Shown here piece by piece: positions 1-10,478 of a stretch of DNA of 64,000 nt; position 1 is the stretch's first letter, and each line of letters begins with the position of its first letter. The stretch lies in contig JACOUE010000006.1 of the NCBI GenBank assembly GCA_016178045.1, forward strand, positions 1,067 to 65,066. The letters are read 5' to 3'. A model generated the notes under the pieces. It was not told the origin of the DNA. It searched no databases and saw only the letters and a list, made by a program, of their open reading frames with translations. The DNA comes from Chloroflexota bacterium (GTDB taxonomy: Bacteria; Chloroflexota; Dehalococcoidia; SM23-28-2; JACOUE01). The position numbers were made by a program, and so were the translations under genes.

Positions 1-201
1 CTGCCCGCCCGCCATCGCGCTAACGTAAGCCTTCGGGTCGGCGGCGAAAGCCTCCTGGCAGGACGTGCCGCAGAAGTGGTACGTCTTCCCTTCGTGAGTC
101 GCTGTCGCCCCGTTCCCCGCCTCGACTTCCGTACCGCAGACCGGGTCCCTCTCCGCTGTCAGTCCCTTCAGAGCGTCGAAGCTGAAACTGGCACCGAACA
201 T
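1..201 (-). CDS. YHS/TRASH-type metal-binding domain protein, 5' part only (continues past left edge)
   Basis: Not in the ORF track because it has no stop in the window. Reverse complement from the ATG at about 199-201 reads MFGASFSFDALKGLTAERDPVCGTEVEAGNGATATHEGKTYHFCGTSCQEAFAADPKAYVSAMAGGQ. This is the DPVCG...YxFC..xC...F..P YHS pattern. GGAGGGG SD just upstream. Confidence 0.6.
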   Translation of the reverse strand, partial: MFGASFSFDALKGLTAERDPVCGTEVEAGNGATATHEGKTYHFCGTSCQEAFAADPKAYVSAMAGGQ

Positions 202-315
202 CTGCCCCTCCAATGCTGAATGGCGACTTCAACCTAGCAGCCGCCGCCGAGGCCTGTCAGTCGGGCAGAACAAGGCGTCTGCTGTAGGGTTTTGCCCCAC
301 GCCGAAAGGCAGGTG

Positions 316-771
316 CTAGCTTCCGGCCGGGCGCTCCGCCCAGCCCTCGCTGAGCGGCACCAGGTAGCGCATGCTGAGCTTCCGCGAGCGAAACCGCCAG
401 CGGCCGTCCGCCTTCTCGTAGACGTCCTCGTAGCGGCCGGAGCCGATCATGCTCCTGCCCCCTATGGTCGCCCGCAGGTCTAGGTGGCAGACGCCGGTGG
501 CCCGCTCGCCCTTCAGCTCGATGATGTGGTCGTGGACGAAGGGCTGGAACTCATCCGGCCCGAGCATCCGGTTGTACGCCTTGCGGAGCGCCTCGCGCCC
601 GCGCAGGGGCCGGCCGTCCCCGAGGTCCATCTCCCCGTCTGCCGTGAACAGCGCCACGATGGCGTCCATCTCCTTCGTCCAGACGCAGTGGGCGTAGCGG
701 GAGACGAGCTCCCGGATCGCCTCGCGGTCGGCTATCTCCTGGACGAGGGCGTCGATGCGTTCTTCGGACAT
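316..771 (-). CDS. SnoaL/NTF2-like fold protein
   Basis: Track ORF 316..906 trimmed by 45 residues to the internal ATG (MSEERIDALVQEIADREAIRELVSRYAHCVW...). The upstream part is Pro/Ser/Arg-rich and overlaps the neighbouring gene. Size and DGRWRF-type C-terminus fit SnoaL_4/NTF2-like proteins. Confidence 0.6.
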   Translation of the reverse strand: MSEERIDALVQEIADREAIRELVSRYAHCVWTKEMDAIVALFTADGEMDLGDGRPLRGREALRKAYNRMLGPDEFQPFVHDHIIELKGERATGVCHLDLRATIGGRSMIGSGRYEDVYEKADGRWRFRSRKLSMRYLVPLSEGWAERPAGS

Positions 772-787
772 GGCTTGAGCGGCAGGC

Positions 788-1213
788 TCAGGGGACCACG
801 GTCCCTTCGGCCGGCAGCTGGACGGTGAGCTTGACTGCGGTGGTGGGCCCGTCCTCGGTGGAAAAGGTGACGTCCGCGTCCACGCACCGCCGGCCGTCGG
901 CCTCACGAACGGCGGCGACCGTCCCCACGGCGACCAGTGTGCGGCCGACGTAGTTAGTGCCGCGCATGGCTACCTCGAGCCGGCGCAGGAAGGCGTCGTA
1001 GCCGAACCACTCGCCGGCGGCGCGACCGGCGAACGCTTGGAGGAACATGGTGTTGAAGAAGATCCCCGCGGCCCCGTTGGCGCGGGCGAACTGCTCATCG
1101 TGGTGGGCCGGGTAGTAGTCCCTCGTCCCGGCCACGGCCTGCGCCGCGCGCCTGATGGTCAGGTCAAGCCTTATCGGCGGCAGGGAGTCGCCCGCCTGCC
1201 ACTGCCGCGCCAT
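788..1213 (-). CDS. MaoC-like (R)-specific enoyl-CoA hydratase, hotdog-fold subunit
   Basis: 141 aa. YYPAHHDEQFA...GIFFNTMF matches the MaoC dehydratase hydratase-2 motif region. Start shares one base with the stop of the upstream hotdog gene. Confidence 0.7.
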   Translation of the reverse strand: MARQWQAGDSLPPIRLDLTIRRAAQAVAGTRDYYPAHHDEQFARANGAAGIFFNTMFLQAFAGRAAGEWFGYDAFLRRLEVAMRGTNYVGRTLVAVGTVAAVREADGRRCVDADVTFSTEDGPTTAVKLTVQLPAEGTVVP

Positions 1214-1719
1214 CAGTCGCCTCCCGGCGGGTGCGGGCGGTACATGAATAGGGTGAAGGTGTGCGTCCCTACCGCCTGGCCGGACTGGTTGCGGAACGTA
1301 TGCAAAGTCGAGACGAAGTGCCCGGTGCCCAGACGCGTCGTCTTCTCCTCGCCGATTTCGCTGATCTGGACGGTGACGGTCAGCGTGTCGCCGTAGCGGA
1401 GCGGCTCGAGGTACACCTGCACGGCGTTCACGGCGATGGTGGCGGTGCAGCCTTCGAGCCGGAGCTGGGCCAGCGGGTCCTCCCGCTCGACTTCGGGCCA
1501 GACGGGCTCCATGGCCCAGGTGAAGAGCATGGCCGGCGGCGCGAACTTTCCCTGGAGCCAGGTGCCGCGGGCGCAGCCGTCATCGAAGTAGATGGCGTTG
1601 GCGTCCTCCACCATCTCGCACCAGAAGCGGGCCATCACCTCGTTGACCGGGTAGGGGGCGGGCCTGGGCGCGCTCTCCTTGCCGATCAGGGCGCGCTCCT
1701 TCTCCGTGATGGCTGGCAT
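1213..1719 (-). CDS. Hotdog-fold hydratase partner subunit (N-terminal MaoC-like/FAS1-DH-like type)
   Basis: 168 aa, coupled to the MaoC subunit downstream. This arrangement resembles heteromeric ChsH1/ChsH2- or HadAB-type hydratases. Confidence 0.6.
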   Translation of the reverse strand: MPAITEKERALIGKESAPRPAPYPVNEVMARFWCEMVEDANAIYFDDGCARGTWLQGKFAPPAMLFTWAMEPVWPEVEREDPLAQLRLEGCTATIAVNAVQVYLEPLRYGDTLTVTVQISEIGEEKTTRLGTGHFVSTLHTFRNQSGQAVGTHTFTLFMYRPHPPGGD

Positions 1720-1893
1720 TGGTCCCTCCTTCAGGGCGACCGCTACCTGCGATTATACGGGCGACACTGGTTAGAGTCGCGTCTACAGTGGACAGGAGTC
1801 CTCTGCTTGCTTTCACGAATCCCAGGCTACATAATCGCTTCTACCGCGCGGCCAGCGCGGGCAACGGCAGACACCCGACCTTCAGAGGAGTTC

Positions 1894-3060
1894 ATGGACT
1901 TCGAATATCCAGCCGAGGTAAAGGCCTTCCGCAAGGAGTTCGGCCGCTATCTGGACTCGGTGGTGACGCCGGCCCTGATCGAGGAGATCGCCGCCCGCGG
2001 CGCCGACTCCCCCGGCCCGCTGACCAAGGCGTTCTGGCGGGAGCTGGGCGAGGACGGCTACTTCGGCCTGGGCTGGCCGGAGGAGTACGGGGGCGGCGGA
2101 AAGTCCCTATTCTATCTGCACGCCTTCAACTACGAGATGGCCTACCGCGGCCTGCCCGTGCCCGTGGTCACCCTCAACACCGTCGCGCCCACGCTCATGC
2201 GCATGGGCAGCGAGGAGCAGAAGAAGCAGCTCTTGCCCAAGATCCTGCGGGCCGAGATCGAGTTCGCCATCGGCTACACGGAGCCGCAGGCGGGCACCGA
2301 CCTCGCCTCCCTGGACACGCGCGCCGTCCGAGACGGCGACCAGTACGTCATCAACGGCCAGAAGATCTTCATGACCGGCGCCCATCACGCCGACTACGTC
2401 TGGCTGGCCGTCCGCACTGACCCCGAGGCGCCGAAGCACAAGGGCATCTCCATCCTCATCGTGCCGCTGGACTTGCCGGGCATAGAGGTGAGGCCGCTCC
2501 CCATAATGTTCGGCGGCCGCACCAACTTCGTCTTCTTCGATGACGTTCGCGTGCCGGTCACCGCCCTCGTCGGCGAGGAAAACCGCGGCTGGTACTACAT
2601 CACCACCCAGCTGGACTTCGAGCGGCTGGCCATCAGCCCCGTCGCTTACATCGAGCGCGTATTCAACTGGCTGTGCGACTTGCTGCGTACGGAACGTGTG
2701 GGCGCCAAGGTGGGGTGGACGGGCGCGACGCTGGCCGCAATGGCGGCCGACCTCAACGCCCTCAAGGTGCTCGACTTGAAGACGGCGTCGCTGGTCGCCG
2801 GCGGCGAGGTGCCGGTGTACGAAGCGTCCATGCTGAAGGTGCTGTCCAACGAGTTCCGCTCCAAGTTCCTCGCCGACGTGGTCCAGATGCTGGGCCCGGC
2901 CGGCCTCGTCCGGCGCGGCTTCCCTGGGGCGCTCCTCGACTTCGCCTCCGACACTATCGAGCGGCAGGTGCGGGAGTCGCCCGTCTACCTCTTCGGGGGC
3001 GGCAGCAACGACATCCAGCGCGACCTCATCGCCACCCACGGTCTGGGCTTACCGAGGTAG
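1894..3060 (+). CDS. Acyl-CoA dehydrogenase
   Basis: Track ORF 1261..3060 trimmed by 211 residues to MDFEYPAEVKAFRKEF..., with AGAGGAG SD upstream. Has ACAD hallmarks (GYTEPQAGTDLAS, INGQKIFMTGA). Confidence 0.85.
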   Translation: MDFEYPAEVKAFRKEFGRYLDSVVTPALIEEIAARGADSPGPLTKAFWRELGEDGYFGLGWPEEYGGGGKSLFYLHAFNYEMAYRGLPVPVVTLNTVAPTLMRMGSEEQKKQLLPKILRAEIEFAIGYTEPQAGTDLASLDTRAVRDGDQYVINGQKIFMTGAHHADYVWLAVRTDPEAPKHKGISILIVPLDLPGIEVRPLPIMFGGRTNFVFFDDVRVPVTALVGEENRGWYYITTQLDFERLAISPVAYIERVFNWLCDLLRTERVGAKVGWTGATLAAMAADLNALKVLDLKTASLVAGGEVPVYEASMLKVLSNEFRSKFLADVVQMLGPAGLVRRGFPGALLDFASDTIERQVRESPVYLFGGGSNDIQRDLIATHGLGLPR

Positions 3061-3063
3061 GGC

Positions 3064-4167
3064 ATGCGCTTCGGGGATTCGGAGACGGAGAAGCTCCTGC
3101 GCAGCACCGCCCGCTCCTACCTGGCCGAGCGCTTCCCCTGGGAACGGCTGTACGCCCTGGAGCGCGGGGACGCGCCGCTGACCGGCGACGAGATGAAGGG
3201 GTTCGCCGAGCGGGGATTGTTCGGCCTGCTGGCGCCTGAGTCGAAAGGGGGCGGCGGCCTCTCCCTCCTGGAGGCGGCGGCCGTTATCGAGGAGATCGGC
3301 TACGCCGCCGTGCCCGCAACTGTGACCGTCAGCAACGTCGCCGCCTGCATCCTGGGGCACGCTTCGCCCGACGTGGCCGGGGAGCACCTGGCCGCCCTCG
3401 CCTCCGGCCGGCGCCTCTACACCGTCAGCGAGGCGGTGCGCAGGCGCGGCCGGCAGAACGACGCGCGAGCTGCGGCGTCGGGCGGTGGGATCAGGGGCGT
3501 GCTCCCGCTCGTCCCCTTCGCCTCGGTGGCGGACTTCGTCCTGGCGCCCCTCGCCGTCGAGGGCGAGGCGGCGTTTGCGGTGCTGCCGCTCGAGCGCGCC
3601 CGCCTGGAGCCCGTGCGCCTCCTCGACCGCTCCGGCTACGCCGACGCGCATTTCGAGGGCGTGGCCCTGGAACGGGCGGCCCTCCTCGCCACGGGCCGCG
3701 CCGCCGAGGACCTCCAGGAGCGGTGCGACGCGCTCATGACGGCGCTGTCACTGGTGGAGCTGGCGGGGATGATGCAGCGGGTCACGGAGATGACCGCCGA
3801 GTACATAACCGGCCGCGTGCAGTTCGGGCAGCCCATCGCCAAGTTCCAGGCGGCCCGTCACCGCGCGGCGGAGCTCCTCACTCAGGCCGAGACGACGCGC
3901 TGGACGGCCTACCACGCCCTCTGGGCCTTCCAGCAGGACCCGGCCCACACAGAGGAGATATGGCTGGCGAAGCACTGGGCCGTCCGGGCGGCGGAGCGCG
4001 TGTTCCAGGTCAGCCACCTGCTGCACGGGGGCGTCGGCGTGGGCACGGAGTACCCGCTGCACCTGTACACCCAGGGCATCGCCGGGCTGGCGGCGCGCGC
4101 GGGCACGATGGACGAAATGGTGGAGCGCACCCTGGAGTCGCTTCGCATAGGGGCAGGTGCCGGGTAG
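3064..4167 (+). CDS. Acyl-CoA dehydrogenase family protein, probable second subunit of a heteromeric ACAD
   Basis: 367 aa, begins 3 nt after the preceding ACAD stop. ACAD C-terminal helical domain is recognisable (GRVQFGQPIAKFQA). The adjacent ACAD pair recalls the alpha2beta2 FadE/ChsE type. Confidence 0.75.
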   Translation: MRFGDSETEKLLRSTARSYLAERFPWERLYALERGDAPLTGDEMKGFAERGLFGLLAPESKGGGGLSLLEAAAVIEEIGYAAVPATVTVSNVAACILGHASPDVAGEHLAALASGRRLYTVSEAVRRRGRQNDARAAASGGGIRGVLPLVPFASVADFVLAPLAVEGEAAFAVLPLERARLEPVRLLDRSGYADAHFEGVALERAALLATGRAAEDLQERCDALMTALSLVELAGMMQRVTEMTAEYITGRVQFGQPIAKFQAARHRAAELLTQAETTRWTAYHALWAFQQDPAHTEEIWLAKHWAVRAAERVFQVSHLLHGGVGVGTEYPLHLYTQGIAGLAARAGTMDEMVERTLESLRIGAGAG

Positions 4168-4173
4168 CTGAGG

Positions 4174-5337
4174 ATGACGATCCGGAACAAGGCGGCCATC
4201 GTCGGCATCGGGCAGACGGAGTTCTCGAAGGACTCCGGCCGCAGCACGTTGCGGATGGCGCTGGAGGTGGTCCTGGAGGCGCTGGGCGACGCCGGGCTGA
4301 AGCCGCAGGACGTGGACGGCGTCGTCAAGATGGGCGCCAACGACGACATCTTTGAGATCGACCTCCTGCGCTCCTTGGACCTGCCGAACCTGCGCTTCTT
4401 CAACGAGGTCCCCCACGGGGGCGGCGCCGCCTGCGGCACCATCGCCATGGCGGTGGCCGCCGTGGCCGCCGGTATGGCCGACGTCGTCGTCACCTTCCGC
4501 TCCCTGAATGAGCGGTCGGAGCGGCGGTTCGGGCAGTCGAGCGCCGGCGGGGCCGTCGGGGGCTGGATGCAGTACAACCTGCCGCACGGCCTGGTGACGC
4601 CGGCCCAGTGGATCGCCATCTTCGCCCAGCGTTACCTGTACGAGTACGGCTGGACGACTGAGGAGCTCGGCCGGGTGGCGGTGCTGTGCCGCAAGCATGC
4701 CGCCACCAACCCCCACGCCATGATGTACGGCCGCCCCATCACCCTGGAGGAGCACCAGAGCTCGCGCTGGATAGCGGAGCCGCTCCGCCTGCTGGACTGC
4801 ACGCTGGACACCGACGGCGCCTGCGCCGCCGTGGTCGTGTCGGCGGACAAGGCCAAACGGCTGAAGGGCAAATCGGCCTACATCGCGGCCGCCGCCCAGG
4901 GTACGGGCCGCCGCGCCGAGATGATGACCAGCTATCAGCGGGCGAGCCTCTGCCGGCTGGAGGAGGCGGAGGCGACCGCGAAGGAGCTGTACCGTATCGC
5001 CGAGTTGGGGCCGACCGATATCGACGTAGCCGAGCTGTACGACCACTTCACGCCGATGGTGCTGATGGCGCTCGAGGCGTACGGCTTCGCGCCGCCCGGG
5101 AAGGCCCCCGAGCTGCTGGGCGAGGGCCGGCTGGAGCTTGACGGCGACACGCCGCTGAACACGCACGGGGGCCACCTAGGCGAGGGATACCTCCACGGGT
5201 TCGGCCACATCGTCGAAGGCGTGCGGCAGATACGGGGTACAGCTGTCAACCAGGTGCGGGAGGTGCGCACCTGCCTGGTCACCAGCGGCACCGCCGTCCC
5301 CACCAGCGGCGTCATCCTCTCGAAGGAGCCATACTGA
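4174..5337 (+). CDS. Thiolase-like SCP-x/lipid-transfer-protein (Ltp) family enzyme
   Basis: 387 aa. MTIRNKAAIVGIGQTEFSKDSGRS... is the N-terminus typical of nonspecific lipid-transfer thiolases. Followed by a DUF35 gene with an ATGA overlap. Confidence 0.8.
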   Translation: MTIRNKAAIVGIGQTEFSKDSGRSTLRMALEVVLEALGDAGLKPQDVDGVVKMGANDDIFEIDLLRSLDLPNLRFFNEVPHGGGAACGTIAMAVAAVAAGMADVVVTFRSLNERSERRFGQSSAGGAVGGWMQYNLPHGLVTPAQWIAIFAQRYLYEYGWTTEELGRVAVLCRKHAATNPHAMMYGRPITLEEHQSSRWIAEPLRLLDCTLDTDGACAAVVVSADKAKRLKGKSAYIAAAAQGTGRRAEMMTSYQRASLCRLEEAEATAKELYRIAELGPTDIDVAELYDHFTPMVLMALEAYGFAPPGKAPELLGEGRLELDGDTPLNTHGGHLGEGYLHGFGHIVEGVRQIRGTAVNQVREVRTCLVTSGTAVPTSGVILSKEPY

Positions 5338-5753
5338 TGGGCGACGTCGCCCGCCCCTACCCGCGGCCCGACCGCGACACCACGCCCTTCTGGGAGGCGC
5401 AGAACCGCCACGAGCTGGTCTTCCAGAGATGCAAGCAATGTGAGGCCGTCCGCTATCCGGTGGGCCCGCTGTGCCCCCGCTGCCGCTCCTTCGACTTCGA
5501 TTGGGTCGTATCCGGCGGCCGCGGCACCGTGCACAGCTACACTGTCGTCCACCACCAGGCCCATCCCGCCTTCCCGGTGCCGTACACCGTGGTGCTGGCG
5601 GAGATGGATGAAGGGCCGAGGGTCATCGCCCAGCTGCGAACCCCGCCGGACGGCCGCTGCGAGATCGGCATGCCGGTGCGCGTGGAGTGGGAGGACCATC
5701 CTCACCAGTCGCTGCCGGTGTTCGTCCCGGACGAGGACCGCGGTTCAACGTAG
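5337..5753 (+). CDS. DUF35 Zn-ribbon/OB-fold protein (thiolase-associated)
   Basis: 138 aa. Four-Cys ribbon CKQC...CPRC, then an OB-fold segment (GTVHSYTVVHH). Translationally coupled to the Ltp gene. Confidence 0.8.
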   Translation: MGDVARPYPRPDRDTTPFWEAQNRHELVFQRCKQCEAVRYPVGPLCPRCRSFDFDWVVSGGRGTVHSYTVVHHQAHPAFPVPYTVVLAEMDEGPRVIAQLRTPPDGRCEIGMPVRVEWEDHPHQSLPVFVPDEDRGST

Positions 5754-5772
5754 AAGACCGCAGAAGCGTGAT

Positions 5773-7746
5773 CTAGGCCGGCCGCCCCGGGTAGGAGGGG
5801 TCGTTGCGGTCCAGCCAGGCGTTGGCCAGCCAGTGGGCGTTGCCGAAGTACGGGAAGAAGGCCATGTTCTTCAGGTAAGGCCACATGACGGACCCCGCGA
5901 TGATGCTGGCGTAGTCCAGGCGGGCGTGGATGGCCGGGCGCTTGTCGATGTCCGGTATGCGGCTGCCGCCGCCGTCCGGGTCCATGCCCAGGAGGTAGCG
6001 CTGGATGCGGAACCCGATCTGCCGCCGCCGCTTCTCGTCGAACTCCTGACGCTGCGCGTCGAGCAGCGCGTCGAGCTCCCCGTCGAACACCTCTTGGCGG
6101 CGCTGCGGATCCTTGAACGAGTTCTTCGAGCCGCGGCTGTGGAAGTACGGGTAGACCCAGTCGTCGAGGTCGATCCAGCCGTTGTCAAACCCCCAGATGA
6201 AGGGCATCTGGTCGCAGCCACGGAGGACGCCCTCGGCGATCTGGCCGGGGCCGCGCACCAGGAACTCGACCCGGCCGCCCAGCACCTGCGCCAGGCCGTT
6301 CACGTAGCTGGGGGCAAAGGACGGGATGTAGGCCGGCTGGTCGAGAAATATGATCTGGAGCGGTGGGCTGCCCGCCGCCTGGTACAGCTGCCGGGCCTCC
6401 GCCAGGTCCTCGTCCCGCTCTGGGCCCTGGCGGTAGCCCGGTAGGGCCATTAGCTCCTGGCGGGGCAGCACCCACTTCGCGCTGGCGATCCCCACGGGGC
6501 CCTGCATCAGCCCGCTGCCGGCCCAGACGGTGTCGATGATCTGCTGGCGGTCGGTGGCGAGGTGGACGGCGCGGCGCACCCGCCAGTCGTTGTAGGGCGG
6601 ACAGTAGGTCTTGAAGCGCGTGTTAAGGAAGGCGACGAAAGGCCAGCGGACGACTTGGAGCTCGGGCATATCGTCCTTCACGGTGGAGAGCCAGGCGGGA
6701 TTTGTGACCCAGTTGCCGATGTCGATCTGGCGCCGGCGGAACAACGATTCGATGGTGCCCTCGTCCACCGCGAAGACGGACGTGTAGCCGTCCAGGTAGG
6801 GTCGCTTCAGGCTCTCGTCGTCCCAGCCGAACCAGGCGGGATTGCGGGTGACCCTGAACTCCACCAGCGCCTTCAGGTCGTCCCACATGAACGGCCCGCT
6901 GCCGATCATCTTCTCCTGCGAGTCCATCGTGTCGGTGGCGGGATCGACGAGCTCGCGGGGGACGATGAAGCCGTTGGTATCGGCCATGTAGTGCTTGAAG
7001 GGCGCGGTGGGCCGCTTGGTGGTGACGATGAGGGTGAACTCGTCCGGCGTCTGGACCTTGTCGATGGTGTCGTACTGGCTGGCCCGGTAGTAGAGGGCGC
7101 GCCGGGGGGAGTCTTCGTTCACCTGGCGCTGGAAGTTGAACTTGACGTCCTCCGCCGTGAGCTGCCTGCCGGCCACGTTCAGGACCTCCGGCCGCTTCTC
7201 CTTGTCGGCGATGGTCTGGAGGCGGCGGCGGACCCCTGGCCCATCGTGGAAGAAGACGTTGCGACGGAGGGTGATGCGGTAGGTCAGGCCTTCGGGGTCG
7301 AGGGGCCCCTCGAACTCGGCCGTGAGGTCGTTGGCGATGGTCTGCTCCTCGTGGCTGACGTACTTTAGTATCTTGCTGAAGACCGCGGAGTGCCCGCCGT
7401 AAACGGGGCCGAACTGGGTCTGATGGGGGTCCAGCGTGTCGAAGATCAGGGCGTCGAAGCCGCTGAAGCGCAGGGTGCCGCCCCGCGACTCCGCCGGCGG
7501 CACCTCCCCGAGGCCGTCGGCGCCGAGCCGGCGGGCGTCGTAGGGAAAGATATCGCCGCCCCAGGGGTGCGCGGTGGGCGAGGACGTGCCCGGCCCCGGC
7601 GATTGCGGCGAGGCGCTCGGCGTCCCGTTCTTACCGCAGGCCAGGGCGGCTACGATGCCCAGCCCGCCGGCGCCGGCACCGGCCAGCAGACGGCGGCGGT
7701 TTATCCGTTTCTGCCAGAAGCGGGCCCAGTAGCTGCTGTCTGCCAT
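5773..7746 (-). CDS. ABC-transporter substrate-binding lipoprotein, family 5 (peptide/nickel-type), Tat signal
   Basis: 657 aa. N-terminus RRRLLAGAGAGGLGIVAALACG combines a twin-arginine signal with a lipobox Cys. The body resembles SBP_bac_5. No permease or ATPase genes are adjacent. Confidence 0.75.
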   Translation of the reverse strand: MADSSYWARFWQKRINRRRLLAGAGAGGLGIVAALACGKNGTPSASPQSPGPGTSSPTAHPWGGDIFPYDARRLGADGLGEVPPAESRGGTLRFSGFDALIFDTLDPHQTQFGPVYGGHSAVFSKILKYVSHEEQTIANDLTAEFEGPLDPEGLTYRITLRRNVFFHDGPGVRRRLQTIADKEKRPEVLNVAGRQLTAEDVKFNFQRQVNEDSPRRALYYRASQYDTIDKVQTPDEFTLIVTTKRPTAPFKHYMADTNGFIVPRELVDPATDTMDSQEKMIGSGPFMWDDLKALVEFRVTRNPAWFGWDDESLKRPYLDGYTSVFAVDEGTIESLFRRRQIDIGNWVTNPAWLSTVKDDMPELQVVRWPFVAFLNTRFKTYCPPYNDWRVRRAVHLATDRQQIIDTVWAGSGLMQGPVGIASAKWVLPRQELMALPGYRQGPERDEDLAEARQLYQAAGSPPLQIIFLDQPAYIPSFAPSYVNGLAQVLGGRVEFLVRGPGQIAEGVLRGCDQMPFIWGFDNGWIDLDDWVYPYFHSRGSKNSFKDPQRRQEVFDGELDALLDAQRQEFDEKRRRQIGFRIQRYLLGMDPDGGGSRIPDIDKRPAIHARLDYASIIAGSVMWPYLKNMAFFPYFGNAHWLANAWLDRNDPSYPGRPA

Positions 7747-7754
7747 CGCGGGGG

Positions 7755-8663
7755 CTACTGGAAGGGCATCGCGAAGCCGTCCCGGAGGGGCTCGCGCTCA
7801 GCGAAGAACGGCCCCAGGGCGTCCGCCAGGCCGTCAGCGGTCCAGGCGCCCTCGGCGTCGAAGCGCCTGACGACCTTCGGCGCGTCTAGCACCTGGACCG
7901 TCCCGCCGTAGACGAGGAACACCTGCCCGGAGACGCGCTCCGCCGCCGGCGAGGCAAGAAAGCCGACCAGCGGCGCCACGTTCTCTGGCGCGTAGGGATC
8001 GAACCCCGCCTCCGGCTTGGCGAACATCGCGCCGAGCGTGGTCTCCGTCATGCGGGTGCGGGCCCGGGGGCAGATGGCGTTGGCGGTCACTCCGTACCGC
8101 GCGCAGGACTGGGCCGACGACAGCGTAAGGCCGATGATGCCCCCCTTTGCGGCGGCGTAGTTCGGCTGCCCCGGCGACCCGACCAGGAACGCCTCGGAAG
8201 CGGTGTTGATGATGCGGCCGTAGACGGGCCCGCCTTCCGCCTTCGACTTGTCGCGCCAGTAGGCGGCGGCCCAGCGGGACATGCAGAAGTGGCCCTTGAG
8301 GTGGACGCGGACGACGGCGTCCCACTCCTCCTCGGCCATGTTGAAGAGCATGCGGTCGCGCAGGAAGCCGGCGTTGTTCACCAAGATGTGCAGGTCGCCG
8401 AAGGTCTCCACGGCCTGCTTGACGATGCGCTCGGCGTCTTCCCAGCTGGCCACGTCGCCGTAGTGGGCCACCGCCTTGCCGCCCGCCGCGGCGATCTCGT
8501 CGACGACCTGCTGGGCGGGCTGCGGGTCGGAGCCCGTGCCGTCGGCCGCGACGCCGAGGTCGTTGACCACGACGCAGGCGCCCAGCTTCGCCAGCTGGAG
8601 CGCCTCGGCCCGGCCGAGGCCGCGCCCGGCGCCGGTGACAACGGCTACCTTTCCCTCTAGCAT
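7755..8663 (-). CDS. Short-chain dehydrogenase/reductase, hydroxyacyl-CoA dehydrogenase-like
   Basis: Start moved 6 codons in, to the ATG (MLEGKVAVVTGAGRGLG) that directly follows AGAAGGAGGAGGG. Has TGxxxGxG, NNAG and YAAAK motifs. Confidence 0.8.
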   Translation of the reverse strand: MLEGKVAVVTGAGRGLGRAEALQLAKLGACVVVNDLGVAADGTGSDPQPAQQVVDEIAAAGGKAVAHYGDVASWEDAERIVKQAVETFGDLHILVNNAGFLRDRMLFNMAEEEWDAVVRVHLKGHFCMSRWAAAYWRDKSKAEGGPVYGRIINTASEAFLVGSPGQPNYAAAKGGIIGLTLSSAQSCARYGVTANAICPRARTRMTETTLGAMFAKPEAGFDPYAPENVAPLVGFLASPAAERVSGQVFLVYGGTVQVLDAPKVVRRFDAEGAWTADGLADALGPFFAEREPLRDGFAMPFQ

Positions 8664-8702
8664 CCCTCCTCCTTCTGGCACGCAGGAAAGGGTCGTTGGG
8701 CG

Positions 8703-9971
<1,269 letters not shown>

Positions 9972-10022
9972 CTAGAGCCCTCCCGCGCCCGACGCCGGAC
10001 GACAGCGCATACGAAGGGGAAC

Positions 10023-10478
10023 ATGACCGAGGCGATCAACGCGGAGACCCTCTCCGCCACCCACATCCTGGAGTACCCCTACACGCGCAGCGTGGGGCCG
10101 GTCATCGGCCGGTTCCTGGCGGGTCTGCGCGACCGCCGCATCGAGGGCGTACGGACCGCGGGCGGCCGGGTGCTCGTACCGCCCGTGGAGTACGACCCCA
10201 GGACCGGCGAGCCGCTCTCGGAGTTCGTAGAGGTCGGCCAGGCGGGAGTCGTCAGCACCTGGGCCTGGGTCGCCGCCCCCCGCCGTAACCACCCGCTCGA
10301 CCGGCCCTTCGCCTGGGCCCTCATCCGCCTCGACGGCGCCGATACCGCCCTCCTGCACACCGTCGACGCCGGGGACGAGTCGAAGATGGCGACGGGAATG
10401 CGTGTCCGCGTCCGCTGGCGGGAGAGCACCGCGGGCGAGATCCACGACATCGCCTGCTTCGAACCGGAGGCCTCTTGA
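10023..10478 (+). CDS. DUF35-like OB-fold protein lacking the Zn-ribbon cysteines
   Basis: Track ORF trimmed by 23 residues to MTEAINAETL, with GAAGGGGA upstream. OB-fold part (GVVSTWAWV...MRVRVRW) resembles DUF35. The ribbon position reads GVRTAGGRVLVPPVEYDPRTG with no Cys. Confidence 0.6.
   Translation: MTEAINAETLSATHILEYPYTRSVGPVIGRFLAGLRDRRIEGVRTAGGRVLVPPVEYDPRTGEPLSEFVEVGQAGVVSTWAWVAAPRRNHPLDRPFAWALIRLDGADTALLHTVDAGDESKMATGMRVRVRWRESTAGEIHDIACFEPEAS

Noticed and set aside
20-232. 70-aa minus-strand ORF from the track at the left edge.
   Set aside because: Its translation is Arg/Gly-rich nonsense. A different frame on the same strand gives a clean YHS-domain N-terminus with a good SD (feature 1..201). 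The track omits that frame only because it has no stop codon inside the window.
1720-1893. Inverted CACTG...CAGTG around gttagagtcgcgtctac in the ACAD/hydratase divergent region, considered as a second TetR/KstR-type operator.
   Set aside because: Only 5-bp arms with a non-palindromic centre, and unrelated to the perfect palindrome at 9944-9959. This is too weak to call.
3748-5175. 475-aa ORF antisense to the ACAD and Ltp genes. Similar long antisense or out-of-frame ORFs include 2107..3039, 11682..13115, 14743..16680, 22853..24676, 26378..27862, 29029..30423, 33134..34540, 47129..48370, 56327..57799 and 61863..63002.
   Set aside because: All are Arg/Ala/Gly/Pro/His-rich low-complexity translations with no recognisable motifs. 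They lie opposite or out of frame to genes that do have clear family signatures. Long stop-free antisense frames are expected at this GC content.
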